64,000 nt of DNA from an uncultured Phycisphaerales bacterium. GTDB taxonomy: Bacteria; Planctomycetota; Phycisphaerae; Tepidisphaerales; Tepidisphaeraceae. The translations under genes and the position numbers were made by a program. The first letter of the stretch is position 1; each line of letters begins with the position of its first letter. Of this stretch, positions 10,817 to 22,054 are shown in pieces. A model generated the notes under the pieces. The model was not told the DNA's origin. It searched no databases and saw only the letters and a program-made list of their open reading frames with translations. The stretch is from positions 224,001 through 288,000 of the forward strand of contig CAWJPJ010000007.1 in the NCBI GenBank assembly GCA_963844715.1, read 5' to 3'.

Positions 10817-12593
10817 TTACGGGGACGATTGAGTCGCCGCCTGCGTTTTTTGCGCGCGCAACTCAAGATGTCGCTCGACGTCGGGATCGGATTTAAAATT
10901 CAGGGACTGCTGGAAGGCGACGGCCGCCTCGGCGTATCGCCCGGCCTGATAGCAGGCAATTCCGAGCGTATATTGCAATTTCGCGGGGTCTTGGCGCCCC
11001 TCGGGCGAGAGAGCGGGCTGGAGATCGATCCAGCGACGAATGACGTCGATGGCGTCGTCCAATTGCCGGGTGCGGATCAGATCGAAGCTGAGCTTATCGT
11101 AAGCCAATGGGGCCTGGGGGTCGAGCACGATGACCTTGCGGTAATCGTCGATGGCATCGTCGAAGTATTGGCCGGCGTCACGAGTGTCGCGGCCCGCGGC
11201 TTCGTGGTCGCCCCGGACGATGTCGTCTTCGGCGCGGCGCAGCGCGAGGTTTGCCTGACGGTCTCGGTATTTCCCGAAGATGAAATAATGCAGAGGATTT
11301 TGATCGTTCAGGACCAGGTCGTGACCATAGAGGGATTCGCTGTCCTTCCAATAGCCGGCCTGGACGAACGAAATTCCGACCAGAATTACGGCGATGGCGG
11401 TGAAGACCATGGCGGCGAACTTGCCGTGAAATTTTTGGAGCAGGAGAGAGACGGCCACGGCAACGCCGAGCATGGGCAGGTAAACATAGCGGTCGGCGAC
11501 GGTGGAATAATATTGATAGATAAAAGTCGTCAGGCCGAGGACGGGGAGGAGGGCGAGGAGGAAGATTCCCGCCGCGGCGACGAGGCGGCGATTTTGCCTA
11601 AATCGAAAGATCAAAATCGCGGCGCAGGTGGGGAAAATCCAGGTCCAATAGAGAGCGTGATGAAATCCCGGATCGCTGAGGAGATTGCCCGGAGATCGCC
11701 CGTAATCGAAGGCGAGATTGATTGGGATCGCCAGTTTTGCCATGTAGAAGGCGATTGCATCCGCCGCGACGAGGGGCCTGGCCCAGATTGCGTTTGGAAT
11801 GAACGTCGCGGGCTGGAGGCAGCTGGTTAGAACCGCGAAGATCGCGGCGATGACGAGCCAGGGGGCGATTCGGATCAATGAATCCTTGGCTGGGCGGCGA
11901 AGAGAACCACGTCGAGCATCAGAATGATGAGGGGGAGGACGACCGCCGAGGGTTTGCACAGCAAGGCGGCGAGAAACAGCGCGGCGGCGGCCAGATCGTT
12001 GCGGGTGCGAGCCTCGCCGATCTTTTCTTTTCCGCATAGGTGCACCCAGATCGTGGCCATGCAGAAGAAGCCGCAGAGGAGGTCTTTCATTCCCGTTGCC
12101 CACATGACGGCTTCGGTCTGGAGAGGATGAATGGCAAATATCAGACGCCCCCCGCCGCCGGCCAAGGAGGGATTTGAAACCGCAGGAGGATTTCCAGGAC
12201 CAAGCAGGCGGTAAGCCAATGCACGGCGAGATTGGCGATGTGAAAGATTTCCGGATTAAGTTTTGCGCCGAGCAGATCGGGCGTTTCCAATTGCGCGCCT
12301 TGCGCGAGGCCCCACCAGGTGGTGTAGACGAGCGGGTCGTACATGCCCTTGTTGTCGGGATTGAATGGGTTCCAGTGATGGGCGAGACCGGCGAGCGTCG
12401 GCGGATTGAGATTCGGGTTGACGTAGATGAGCCCGCTGTCGTCCCAGTCGACGAAATCGTGGGAGAAGGTTCTACCGAAGGCGGCGAGGATGGCGACGAG
12501 AATTAGAAGGCGGATGATCCAAAGGGTGCGATGCGAGGAATCCGCCGCGGGGGTGAGTGTCGCGGTGGCGCGTCGGGGTTGGGAGCGGTTCAT
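10817..12593 (-). CDS. TMTC-like GT-C/TPR protein, frameshifts near 11880 and 12140
   Basis: FVDWDD, HPLQTEAVMWATGMKD, LLCKP, YSTVADRYVYL, TPRs; close paralogue of the adjacent gene. Confidence 0.8.
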
Positions 12594-12604
12594 GGTGGGT
12601 GCGA

Positions 12605-13401
12605 TTATGCCGCCGGCGCGATCGGCGCCGCCATTCGCCCGGTGACGCCGCGGTCTCGCCGGTGGGAGAAAAATTCGTCGGGGCGCCCGAAGGTGCAGAG
12701 GTCGGTGGAATCGATTCGGTCCTTGGCGATCCCCCCCGCCAGCAGTTGCAACCTGGCGGCGGCGGCAGATCGACGCGCCCCTTGCCGTTCGGATCGCGGC
12801 GCAACGGGGCTGCGAGACCGAATACTTTTTCAAACTCCGCGAGCACTTCCGGCCCAACTTCGAAGGCGTCCAGTCCTATGCACGGTCCGATGGCGGCGGT
12901 CAGGGGCGCGTCTCCGGCCATTTTTTCCATGGCGGCGGAAATTACTCCGGTGACGATTCCCCGCCACCCGGCGTGAACGGCCGCCACGGTCTTTCCATCC
13001 CGCGAGGCGATCAAGACGGGAACGCAGTCGGCGATGCGAACGGAAATCGCCCGGCCAGGGTCCTGACTGACCAGGGCATCGGCTTTCTGAGCAACATCAA
13101 AAGGCTTGGATTTCTCCACGCAGGCGATCTGATTTCCGTGAACCTGATGCACGCGAAGCCACTGGCGCGGGGGGCAGCCCGACGCCTGGAGTAACCGCGC
13201 GTAGTTGGCGTCAATGCGCTCTGGGTCGTCTTGGACGGGACATCCGTTGGGATTGCCCAGATTAAGGGAATCAAATGGGGCGGGGGATATTCCACCCAGG
13301 CGTGTCGAGAAGGCATGTGGGACGCCGATTGCCTCCAGGCACGGGGCCACGTAAAAAACCGCTCCGCTGGGGCCGATGCGACGCTTGAGCACGATAGGCA
13401 A
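12605..13401 (-). CDS. pgeF: Peptidoglycan editing factor / YfiH-family protein, frameshift near 12765
   Basis: HAFSTRLGG, QVHG, ADCVPVL, HAGWRG, IGPCI; the C-terminal FFSHRRDRGVTGRMAA is in a shifted frame. Confidence 0.9.
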
Positions 13402-13474
13402 AGGTAAACCTCTGGCCGCCGGTTGTAAAACGTCCGCTTTACTTTTGGGCAGGACGATTTACCCTCACGTTCAG

Positions 13475-14035
13475 ATGAGCCCAGCCTCAACAAGCGCGAC
13501 GGCGTCTTCGAGAAAGATAGGGGTCTTTCCCGGTCAGTTTGACCCAATCACGCTGGGGCATCTGGACGTAATTCGCCGCGCCGGGGGGCTATTCGACGAA
13601 TTGATCGTGGCGATCGGGGTGAATCCGGACAAGAAGGAGCTATTCAGCCTGTCGGAGCGCGTCGAAATGGCGCGGGCGATGCTGAAGGATTTGCCGGCGG
13701 TTCGAGTCGAGCAATACACGGGGTTGACGGTCGATTTCGTGAAAAAGGCAAAGGCGACGGCGATGCTGCGGGGAATCCGGGACGTGTCGGATTTACGATA
13801 CGAATTCCAGCTGGCGCTGGCGAACCGGGCCGTCGGGGGAGTTGAAACGGTTTTCATCATGACCGGCGACCGGTATGCCCTGACGAGCAGCAGCCTGATC
13901 CGCCAGGTTGTGGCGCTGGGGGGGGATGTTGGACAGCTTCGGTCGGTGTTGCCGGAGCTGGTGATCGAAAAGTTAAAAATGCTTCAAAATTCGGGAAGAA
14001 CCGCCGCACCGGAACCGGACGCCCCCGCGGGATAA
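13475..14035 (+). CDS. coaD: Phosphopantetheine adenylyltransferase
   Basis: FPGQFDPITLGHLDVI, LRGIR...DLRYE, SSSLIRQV. Confidence 0.95.
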   Translation: MSPASTSATASSRKIGVFPGQFDPITLGHLDVIRRAGGLFDELIVAIGVNPDKKELFSLSERVEMARAMLKDLPAVRVEQYTGLTVDFVKKAKATAMLRGIRDVSDLRYEFQLALANRAVGGVETVFIMTGDRYALTSSSLIRQVVALGGDVGQLRSVLPELVIEKLKMLQNSGRTAAPEPDAPAG

Positions 14036-14066
14036 AGTGGCCGGTATAAGATAGGCGTTAGCCGTA

Positions 14067-15256
14067 ATGACCGAACCTAAAAAGATATTGATCGTTCAGC
14101 CCAATTGGGTTGGGGACGCCGTTATGGCCACGCCGGCGCTGCGGGCACTGCGCCAGCAGTTCCCAGGGCGCATATCGCGTACTTGATGCGCCGGTATGTG
14201 AAGCCGCTGTATACGGGGATGCCATGGGCGGATCAGCTCATCACGTATCGAACGGGGCGGACGAAGAAGAAGGCGGGGAAGGGGCTCTTTGATCTGGGGC
14301 GGAGATTGCGGTCAGCGAAGTTCGATCTCGCGATCCTGTTTCCCAACTCGTTTCAGGCGGCTCTTGTTTGCAAGATGGCCAATATTCCCAGGGTCGTCGG
14401 GTATGAGCGCGATGGGCGGGGTTTTTTGCTTTCCGACAAGCTTCTGCCACAAAAAGAAAAGGGAAAGTTCGTCCCCAGCCCGCTGATCAAGTATTACATG
14501 GGCCTGGCGCAATATCTGGGGAGCGGACAGCGCGATCTATCGATGCAACTGTTTGTCACGGAGCTGGAGCGGCGCCGGGCGGGGCAGGTTTTGCAGCGCG
14601 CGGGGATCGATCATTCAACGGAGCGGCCGGCCTCGCAGGGGAAGCCGCCGCTGATCCTGCTGAATCCCGGGGCACAATTCGGGGTGGCCAAATGCTGGCT
14701 GCCGGAGAATTTCGCGGCTTTGGCGGATCGGCTCATCGACGAGCTGGGGGCGACGATTCTGCTGAGCGCAGCGCCGCGCGAGCGGGGGATTGTGGATGCG
14801 ATTTTGCATTCGATGAAGCACGTGCCGATTGATTTGCTGGCCAATGGCTCGACGCTGGGGGCGCTGAAGGAGATCGTCCGGCGGTGCGACTTGATGGTGA
14901 CCAACGATACGGGGCCGCGGCACATCGCGGCGGCGTTTGACGTGCCGGTGGTGACGATATTCGGTCCGACCCATCCGGAATGGACGGAAATCTATTTCCC
15001 GCGCGAGCGGAAAGTGGCGGTCAAGGTCTTCTGCGGGCCGTGCCAGAAAAAGATTTGCCCACTGGATCATCGGTGCATGACACGGATCACGCCGGCGATG
15101 GTTTTCGACACGGCCGTGGGGCTGTTGCCGCAGCGCACAATGTCGCACCCTCGCAGGCGGTTTGATAAAAGGAAGGGGAAATGCCCGCCGAGCCAATCAT
15201 CATCCCGCCTGGCGATGGTCAGGCCTATTGGCTTCTCGACTCAGAATCGATTTTGA
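14067..15256 (+). CDS. waaF: Lipopolysaccharide heptosyltransferase II (GT9), frameshift near 14165
   Basis: MTEPKKILIVQPNWVGDAVMATP from the ATG at 14067; NPGAQFGVAKCW, TNDTGPRHIAAA, C-terminal CGPC...C...C; 3' end uncertain. Confidence 0.85.
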
Positions 15257-16107
15257 AATTAACCGCCAAAGAAACCGGCGGAGCGTTCGACCTGTGCGAG
15301 ACCACGGCGCCGCCGGACTCTGGCCCGCCGCCGCATCGGCACTCGCGCGACGATGAGATGTTCTTTATTCTGGAGGGGCAATTCGGGCTCGTGTTTGGGG
15401 ATCAGAGCCTCACGGCCAAGGCCGGGGAGGCGGTCTACCTGCCGAAAAATATTGTGCACACGTACAAGAACATCGGGAGCAAACCGGGGCGGTTTCTGGT
15501 TTGGGCGATGCCGAGCGGGTTTGCCGAATTCGTCAAGGCGATGGAGTCGCCGGTGACCAATCCGCACAACCCGCCGCCGGTGAATGAAGCGACGATCGGG
15601 AAGCTCCTGGGGAACATCGGGCGGTTTGGCATCGAGATGCTGATGGAGCATCGCCCGAAACGGCAGGGTCCGCCGCTTCCGGCGGCCCAGGAATTTTGGT
15701 TCCTGGGACAGCGCGTGACGATGCATCTGACGGGGGATCAGACGGCGGGAAATTTCTGCGTGGCGACATTCACCATGCCGCCGGGGACGGGGATGGTCGC
15801 CCATCGGAACAAGCGCGAGACGGAAATGTTCTACGTGCTGGACGGGGCGGCGGTCTTCACACTGGACGAATTGCAGATCACGGCCGCCAAGGGAACGCTT
15901 CTTTATGTTCCGCCGGGGGTGATGCACTCGTTTTATAATCCGGGGCGGGCGCCGGCCAAGGTGCTGGACGTGCACACGCCGGCCGGGATCGAGGGACTCA
16001 TCCGCGAGGCGGGATGCCCGTGCGCTGACTCCAAAGGGAACCCGCCGCCGTTCGACGCCAAGGCCGTGCCGTTTATCAAGTATGGCATGGAACTCAAATC
16101 GAGCTAG
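15181..16107 (+). CDS. Bicupin protein (quercetin 2,3-dioxygenase-like)
   Basis: Two cupin repeats: PPPHRHSRDDEMF...H and AHRNKRETEMF...H. Confidence 0.85.
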   Translation: MPAEPIIIPPGDGQAYWLLDSESILKLTAKETGGAFDLCETTAPPDSGPPPHRHSRDDEMFFILEGQFGLVFGDQSLTAKAGEAVYLPKNIVHTYKNIGSKPGRFLVWAMPSGFAEFVKAMESPVTNPHNPPPVNEATIGKLLGNIGRFGIEMLMEHRPKRQGPPLPAAQEFWFLGQRVTMHLTGDQTAGNFCVATFTMPPGTGMVAHRNKRETEMFYVLDGAAVFTLDELQITAAKGTLLYVPPGVMHSFYNPGRAPAKVLDVHTPAGIEGLIREAGCPCADSKGNPPPFDAKAVPFIKYGMELKSS

Positions 16108-16155
16108 AAGCCGGCGCGGCTCGCCAAAGAGCGCGCGGTCTTCTAGAATTCAGCC

Positions 16156-18972
16156 ATGATTCGCCGAATTGACGTTCGTTGTCGCGAGGGAACTGATCCC
16201 GCCGGGGCTCAGGTGCGGCGGCAGGTTTCGGAGATGGGGCTGTCGGTGGGTCCGGTGACCACGAGCCGGATCTTTCTGGTGGATTCGGATGCGGATGGGG
16301 GGGCGATCCGTCGGATTGCGGATGAATTGCTGGCCGATCCGATCGTGGAAACGGCGGAAATCTATAGCGGATCGATTGACGACGCGGGACGAAGCCGGAT
16401 TGAAGTCCATCTGAAGCCGGGGGTGATGGACCCGGTGGCGGCGAGCACGGAGATGGCGATCGGCGATCTCGGCGTGGCTGTCCGGCAGGTTCGCACGGGA
16501 CGCGCGTATATTTTCGACACGGGGCTGGATCGGGCGACGTTGCAGCGCATCGCGGATCGGGTGCTGGCCAATGGGGTCGTCGAGTCGGTGCATTTTCAGC
16601 CGTTTTGTCCGGCGAGTTTCCCGGCCGCGCCGGACCAGACGCCGACCCTGCGGCATGTCGAACTGCGAAATCTGGATGAGCTGCAACTCAACAAACTGAG
16701 CAGGGAAGGGCATCTGTTTCTTTCCCTGGCGGAGATGCAGGCGATCCAGGAATACTTCCGCCGGCAGGAACGCGAGCCGACGGACATCGAACTGGAGACA
16801 CTGGCCCAGACGTGGAGCGAGCATTGCGTGCACAAGACGCTGAAGAGCGCGGTGGACGTTGAAGTGCGCGATATCAACGGAAACACCGTCGGGCGGCATC
16901 GGTACGACAATCTCATCAAGGAAACGATTTTTGCCAGCACGATGGAATTGATGAGCAAAGGGGACGGATTTTGCCTTTCGGTCTTTAAGGACAATGCCGG
17001 CGTCGTGGCGTTCGACGAGACGGATGCGGTTTGCTTCAAAGTTGAGACGCACAATCATCCCAGCGCGATCGAGCCATACGGCGGGAGCGCAACGGGAGCG
17101 GGCGGGGTGATTCGCGACGTGCTGGGCACCGGGCTGGCGGCCAAGCCCGTGGCGAATACCGATATTTTCTGCGTGGCCAATCCGGACTATGCCGCCCCAC
17201 TGCCGCGAGGCGTGATTCATCCGCGGCGAATCCTTCAGCAAGTCGTCGCCGGTGTACGGGATTACGGGAATCGAATGGGCATTCCGACGGTCAATGGGGC
17301 CGTCTATTTCGACGATCGATATTTGGGCAATCCGCTGGTGTTTTGCGGATGCGTGGGGCTTATTCCGCGAAATAAGATTGAGAAGCAGGCGGGGGATGGT
17401 GACGCAATCGTGCTGGTAGGCGGCCGGACGGGGCGGGATGGAATTCATGGGGCGACTTTTTCCAGCGCGCAGCTGAGCGATTCGCATGCGGATGAATTTT
17501 CGCACGCCGTGCAGATTGGGAACGCGATTACGGAAAAGAAGATGGCGGATGTGATCTTGGCGGCGCGGGATCTGGATCTTTATACGGCGATTACGGATTG
17601 CGGCGCGGGGGGTTTATCGTCGGCGGTGGGGGAAATGGGGCAGCATGTGGGGGCGTCGGTTGATTTGGAAAAGGTACCGCTGAAATATGCGGGGTTGCGC
17701 TATGACGAAATCTGGATCAGCGAGGCGCAGGAGCGGATGGTTCTGTCGGTGCCGCCGGAAAAGGTGAGGCGGCTTTTGGACCTTGCGGCCGGGGAGAATG
17801 TCGAGGCGACCGTCATTGGGAAGTTTGGGACGCCGAAGCGCGAGCTGATTCTTCGCTTCGGCGGGAATGAAGTAGGCCGGCTGGCGATGAAATTCGTGCA
17901 CGATGGAATCCCGATGCCGACGCGAAAGGCCGTGGTCGTTGCGGGCAAGCCGCCCAAGCCGGCGCCGGCGGGATCGATCTCGGCGGACCTCTTCAAGCAA
18001 CGGCTTCTGGCGACGCTGGCGCATCCGAACATCGCGAGCAAACACTGGATCATCCGTCAGTACGATCATGAAGTTCAAGGGGGATCGGTGATCAAGCCGC
18101 TGACCGGGCCGCTTCAGATCGGCCCATCCGACGCGGCGGTGCTCCGGCCGAAGCTTTCGACGCATCGAGGCGTGGCGCTGGGGTGCGGGATGTCGCCGCA
18201 GATCGATGATCCTTACGAAATGGCGATCGCGTCGATCGACGAGGCGATCCGCAACGTCGTCGCGGTCGGGGCGAATCCCGATCGGACGGCGATACTCGAC
18301 AACTTCTGCTGGCCGAGCGTCGATGACGAGGCGACGATGGGCACGCTGGTTCGCGCCTGCCAGGCGTGCCACGACGCGGCGCTGGCGTATGGCATCCCGT
18401 TCATCAGCGGGAAAGACTCGCTGCACAACCAGTTCATCAATCAGCAGACCAAGCAGGTCATCCGTATTCCGCGCACGCTTCTGATCAGCGCGATGGCGGT
18501 GCTGGACGATGTCCGGCAATGTGTAACGATGGAACTGAAAAACCCGAATTCCCGGGTGGTTTTGATCGAATCGGTCGATGAAAACGATCCGCGCTCGCTG
18601 GCGGCGACGCATCGCGCGGTGGCGAAGCTGATCGCGGGGCAAAAAGCCGCGGCGTGTCATGATGTCAGCGAGGGAGGGATCGCGGTGGCCGCGGCGGAGA
18701 TGTGCATCGCATCGGGCCTGGGCGTGGCAATGGGGGATTTCCCGCTGTCAGAATCGGCGTTCGCCGAGCGCAACGGAAGATACCTGGTCGAACTGGCGCC
18801 CGGCCTTACCCGGGAGAATATCGCGGGCGATCTTCCCCCGGCAGCCCGCGCTTCCGACTTTGGAACGGTTCAGAGTCTCCAGAAATTCACGCTCTCTATC
18901 GCTCAGCAGCGCCCGTTGAGCGTCGGCATCGACGAACTGACCCGCGCCTGGCGAGGAACTTTGGATTGGTAA
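16156..18972 (+). CDS. purL: Phosphoribosylformylglycinamidine synthase PurL with N-terminal PurS-like extension
   Basis: QTWSEHCVHK, KVETHNHPSAIEPYGG, DCGAGGLSS, SEAQERM, HDVSEGG; no glutaminase (PurQ) domain. Confidence 0.95.
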   Translation: MIRRIDVRCREGTDPAGAQVRRQVSEMGLSVGPVTTSRIFLVDSDADGGAIRRIADELLADPIVETAEIYSGSIDDAGRSRIEVHLKPGVMDPVAASTEMAIGDLGVAVRQVRTGRAYIFDTGLDRATLQRIADRVLANGVVESVHFQPFCPASFPAAPDQTPTLRHVELRNLDELQLNKLSREGHLFLSLAEMQAIQEYFRRQEREPTDIELETLAQTWSEHCVHKTLKSAVDVEVRDINGNTVGRHRYDNLIKETIFASTMELMSKGDGFCLSVFKDNAGVVAFDETDAVCFKVETHNHPSAIEPYGGSATGAGGVIRDVLGTGLAAKPVANTDIFCVANPDYAAPLPRGVIHPRRILQQVVAGVRDYGNRMGIPTVNGAVYFDDRYLGNPLVFCGCVGLIPRNKIEKQAGDGDAIVLVGGRTGRDGIHGATFSSAQLSDSHADEFSHAVQIGNAITEKKMADVILAARDLDLYTAITDCGAGGLSSAVGEMGQHVGASVDLEKVPLKYAGLRYDEIWISEAQERMVLSVPPEKVRRLLDLAAGENVEATVIGKFGTPKRELILRFGGNEVGRLAMKFVHDGIPMPTRKAVVVAGKPPKPAPAGSISADLFKQRLLATLAHPNIASKHWIIRQYDHEVQGGSVIKPLTGPLQIGPSDAAVLRPKLSTHRGVALGCGMSPQIDDPYEMAIASIDEAIRNVVAVGANPDRTAILDNFCWPSVDDEATMGTLVRACQACHDAALAYGIPFISGKDSLHNQFINQQTKQVIRIPRTLLISAMAVLDDVRQCVTMELKNPNSRVVLIESVDENDPRSLAATHRAVAKLIAGQKAAACHDVSEGGIAVAAAEMCIASGLGVAMGDFPLSESAFAERNGRYLVELAPGLTRENIAGDLPPAARASDFGTVQSLQKFTLSIAQQRPLSVGIDELTRAWRGTLDW

Positions 18973-18983
18973 TAAAGTATTAA

Positions 18984-19012
18984 TTGACTCGATTTTGCCG
19001 CATCGCTATAGT
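18984..19012 (+). promoter_or_regulatory. Sigma70-type promoter for citrate synthase
   Basis: TTGACT-N17-TATAGT. Confidence 0.7.
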
Positions 19013-19076
19013 CCGGGTGCTGCCGGATTCGTGGCGTCCGAGGCAGGCAGAAATCCCCCGATAAACACGGATCGAC

Positions 19077-20220
19077 ATGACTCAAACCGCCCCCGCTACG
19101 AACAAAGCCTCTGGAGGACTTGAGGGGGTCGTCGCCGCGCCGAGCGAAATCTGCTTCATCGACGGGGTCGCGGGGCGGCTGGTTTACCGGGGTTACGAAA
19201 TCGCCGATCTGGTCGAGAACGTCACGTTCGAGGAGACGGCGTTTCTGCTCTGGAACAATCGGCTGCCCAAGCGCAGCGAACTGGCCGATCTGAAGCTGGA
19301 GCTGGCGGCGAACGCGGCTCTGCCTTCCCACACCCTTGCAATTTTGAAAGCTCTGCCCCCTTCGACTGAACCGATGGACGCGTTGCGGACGGCGGTGAGT
19401 TCGTTGTCGAGCACCGATCCAGACCTCAAGAGCAATGAACCGGTCGCGAATTTGCGGAAGTCGATCCGCCTGACTGCGCAGATTCCGACGATCGTGGCGA
19501 CGTTTCATCGGTTGCGCAATGGGCAGAAGCCGCTGGAACCGGATGGCTCGTCTTCGATCGCGGGAAGTTTCCTGCATCTGCTAAACGGGCAGAAACCGCA
19601 CGAGACGCTGCGTCGCGTTCTGGATGCCGCGCTGGTGCTGCACGCGGAGCATGGGTTTAATGCGAGCACCTTCGCGGCGCGCGTGACGGCGGCGACGCTT
19701 GCGGACATGCACGCGGCCGTTACCGCGGCGGTGGCGGCGCTGAAGGGGCCGCTGCACGGCGGGGCGAATCAGGATGTCATGCAATTGCTCCTGGAATGCG
19801 GGGACGCGGACAGCGCGGAAAAGAAAGTGCGCGAGATGCTGGCCTCGGGCGGAAAAATCCCCGGGTTTGGGCATCGCGTCTATCGCACCATCGACCCCCG
19901 CGCGACTTTCCTGCGGAAAATGAGCAAGCAACTGGGCGAGGCGGCGGGGAATACGAAGTGGTACGAGATGTCGGAGCGGCTGATCCCGATCGTCAAGGAG
20001 ACGAAGAATAAGGACCCGAACGTCGATTTCTTCTCGGCTAGCGCTTATTACACGATGGGGATTCCGATCGATCTGTACACGCCGATTTTCGCGATCGCGC
20101 GGATTGCCGGGTGGACGGCGCACATCATGGAGCAGCACTTCAACAACCGGATCATCCGGCCGCAGGACGATTATCGCGGCGCGCTTCGACCGCAAGGTCG
20201 TGCCTATCGACCAGCGATAG
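19077..20220 (+). CDS. gltA: Citrate synthase (type I/Si), frameshift near 20180
   Basis: GLEGVVA, HAEHGFNASTF, GPLHGGAN, GFGHRVY, PNVDF; the natural end DRKVVPIDQR* is in a shifted frame ending at TAG 20220. Confidence 0.92.
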
Positions 20221-20237
20221 GATACAATTCACGCACC

Positions 20238-21155
20238 ATGATCTCAGTGGTGATTTCGGTTCGAAATTCGAGGCAGTCGATCATCAATTGCCTCGCCAGT
20301 CTGCTGCAAACCTTTCACCAACTCGGCGGGGATTCGGATGTTGAATACATACTGATCGACGACAATTCCGATCCGGACCAGCAGATTCCGACGGTCTTCC
20401 GGGATTTCCGGAAGCAGTCGCCGTCGCCGGTGAAGCTGGCGCATTTCAAGGAGCGGCGGCACTATGCGTGGGGCTGCGCCTATGGGTTTGCCTGGGCGGC
20501 GGGGAGCAATGTTTTGTTCATCAGCCACGATATGTGCGTCAATCCGAATTATGTTCGGACGCTGACGCAGGTCGCGGCTTTGGACGAGTCGTACGGGATC
20601 GTGCGCGGGACCAGTCAGTACGTCGATTGCTTCCCGCAATATCAGTTTGTTCCGCCGCTGCCGTCGCGGAACCTGGACGATCTGGCGAATTTCGCGGGTT
20701 ACGTCTCCAAATATCATGGACTGTCGCACAGCGAGGACATTCTGCTGACCGGCGACGCGATGCTGATCAAGCGATCGCTCTTCCAAAAAATCGGGACGTT
20801 CGATACGCGGTTTCCGTTCGGATATTTCTCCGACATCGACTTCGGGTTGCGCACCGTGCGGGCGGGGTTCAAAATGGTGTGTGCCAAGGGCGCCTGGCTT
20901 CACCATGAGGGGGCCGGGGCGTACAAGGATGAAGCGGCCACTAAGAAAATCGACATGAACATCGTGCACGCCGAGCGGATGAAAAAGATCCAGTCGTGCT
21001 ATGAAACCTTCATCGACAAGTGGGACAAGGCGATGCCGCCGAAGTACACGAGCGTGCATGCCTTGGAGCTTCCGCGATTGCGGATCACGCAGCAGACGTT
21101 CAGCGAGTTTCAGCCAATGGTGCCGCTGGAAGATCCGTTGGTGGAAGTGCTTTAG
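20238..21155 (+). CDS. Glycosyltransferase family 2 protein
   Basis: MISVVISVRN, ILIDDNS, YFSDIDFGLR; has its own TACAAT box upstream. Confidence 0.8.
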   Translation: MISVVISVRNSRQSIINCLASLLQTFHQLGGDSDVEYILIDDNSDPDQQIPTVFRDFRKQSPSPVKLAHFKERRHYAWGCAYGFAWAAGSNVLFISHDMCVNPNYVRTLTQVAALDESYGIVRGTSQYVDCFPQYQFVPPLPSRNLDDLANFAGYVSKYHGLSHSEDILLTGDAMLIKRSLFQKIGTFDTRFPFGYFSDIDFGLRTVRAGFKMVCAKGAWLHHEGAGAYKDEAATKKIDMNIVHAERMKKIQSCYETFIDKWDKAMPPKYTSVHALELPRLRITQQTFSEFQPMVPLEDPLVEVL

Positions 21156-22054
21156 AGCAGCGAGCGAAGGTCTCCGCGCGCGGCGGCGAGAATTTTTCTG
21201 GCCCGGCGCGGATCAGTGTTCTTCCAGTGCGTCACGATCGCGGTTTTGACTTCGTCGTCGGCTTGTTCGATCAGCTTGAGGGCGCGTGGGCGGGGGACTT
21301 TAGAGATGTGCATGACGAGGCGGGCGGCGCGATCGCGCAGTTTGTCGTTGGTTGCGCGGAGATCGACCATCATATTTTCGTAAACTTTCCCTAGCCGGAC
21401 CATCGTCAACGTGGTGATTTGATTCAAGATTAATTTCGTGGCGGTGCCGGCTTTGAGGCGGGTGGAGCCGGTTAGAATTTCCGGGCCGACCAGGGGGCGG
21501 ATGATCAAATCGGCGTGCGGCTCGCCGATTCTTCGCTTCACGCAGCAGAGGAAGATCGTTTTTGCGCCGAGCTGTCTGGCACGGCGAATTGCGCCATGGA
21601 CAAACGGGGTCGTCCCCCCCGCCGCTATTCCGATGACCAGGTCACGGGGGCCGATTTTGATTTTGTCGATGGCCTTGGCGCCGTCGTCGTCGCGATCCTC
21701 GGCGCCTTCCTGGGAACGGAACATCGCCTGGCGGCCGCCGGCGATGATGCCGAGGATTTTTCGCGGATCGGAGGAAAAAGTCGGCGGGCATTCGGCCGCG
21801 TCCAAAACCCCCAATCGGCCGCTGGTCCCGGCTCCGACGTAAACAATTCGCCCGCCGCGGGAGAGGGCGATTGCCGCCATTTTTACGGCTTTGGCGACGG
21901 CATTTCGTTCTTTGGCGACTGACCTGACCGCGATGGCATCCTGCTGATTCATGATGCGCAGCGCGGTCTGGATCGACATGCGATCGAGATTCTTCGACGC
22001 GGGCAAGCGCAGCTCCGTCAAAAGATTCGATCTGTCCGGAATTTTCTTCTTCAT
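21152..22054 (-). CDS. murQ: N-acetylmuramic acid 6-phosphate etherase
   Basis: GAGTSGRLGVLDAAECPPTF, EGAED, GPEILTGSTRLKAGTA, VYENMMVD. Confidence 0.95.
   Translation of the reverse strand: MKKKIPDRSNLLTELRLPASKNLDRMSIQTALRIMNQQDAIAVRSVAKERNAVAKAVKMAAIALSRGGRIVYVGAGTSGRLGVLDAAECPPTFSSDPRKILGIIAGGRQAMFRSQEGAEDRDDDGAKAIDKIKIGPRDLVIGIAAGGTTPFVHGAIRRARQLGAKTIFLCCVKRRIGEPHADLIIRPLVGPEILTGSTRLKAGTATKLILNQITTLTMVRLGKVYENMMVDLRATNDKLRDRAARLVMHISKVPRPRALKLIEQADDEVKTAIVTHWKNTDPRRARKILAAARGDLRSLL

Noticed and set aside
16156..16620. N-terminal extension of PurL as a novel domain
   Set aside because: It resembles fused PurS-like repeats (EV.LKPGV.DP), a known PurL architecture.
16150..17505. Long antisense or alternative-frame ORFs (also 10787-11830, 17614-18660, 62475-63677 and others)
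   Set aside because: Expected in high-GC DNA opposite real genes; Arg/Pro-rich or reverse-codon composition with no domains.
19077..21155. Apparent 692-aa citrate synthase-glycosyltransferase fusion
   Set aside because: The normal citrate synthase end (DRKVVPIDQR*) is present in a shifted frame, and the GT2 gene has its own -10 box and ATG at 20238. An indel near 20180 explains the fusion.
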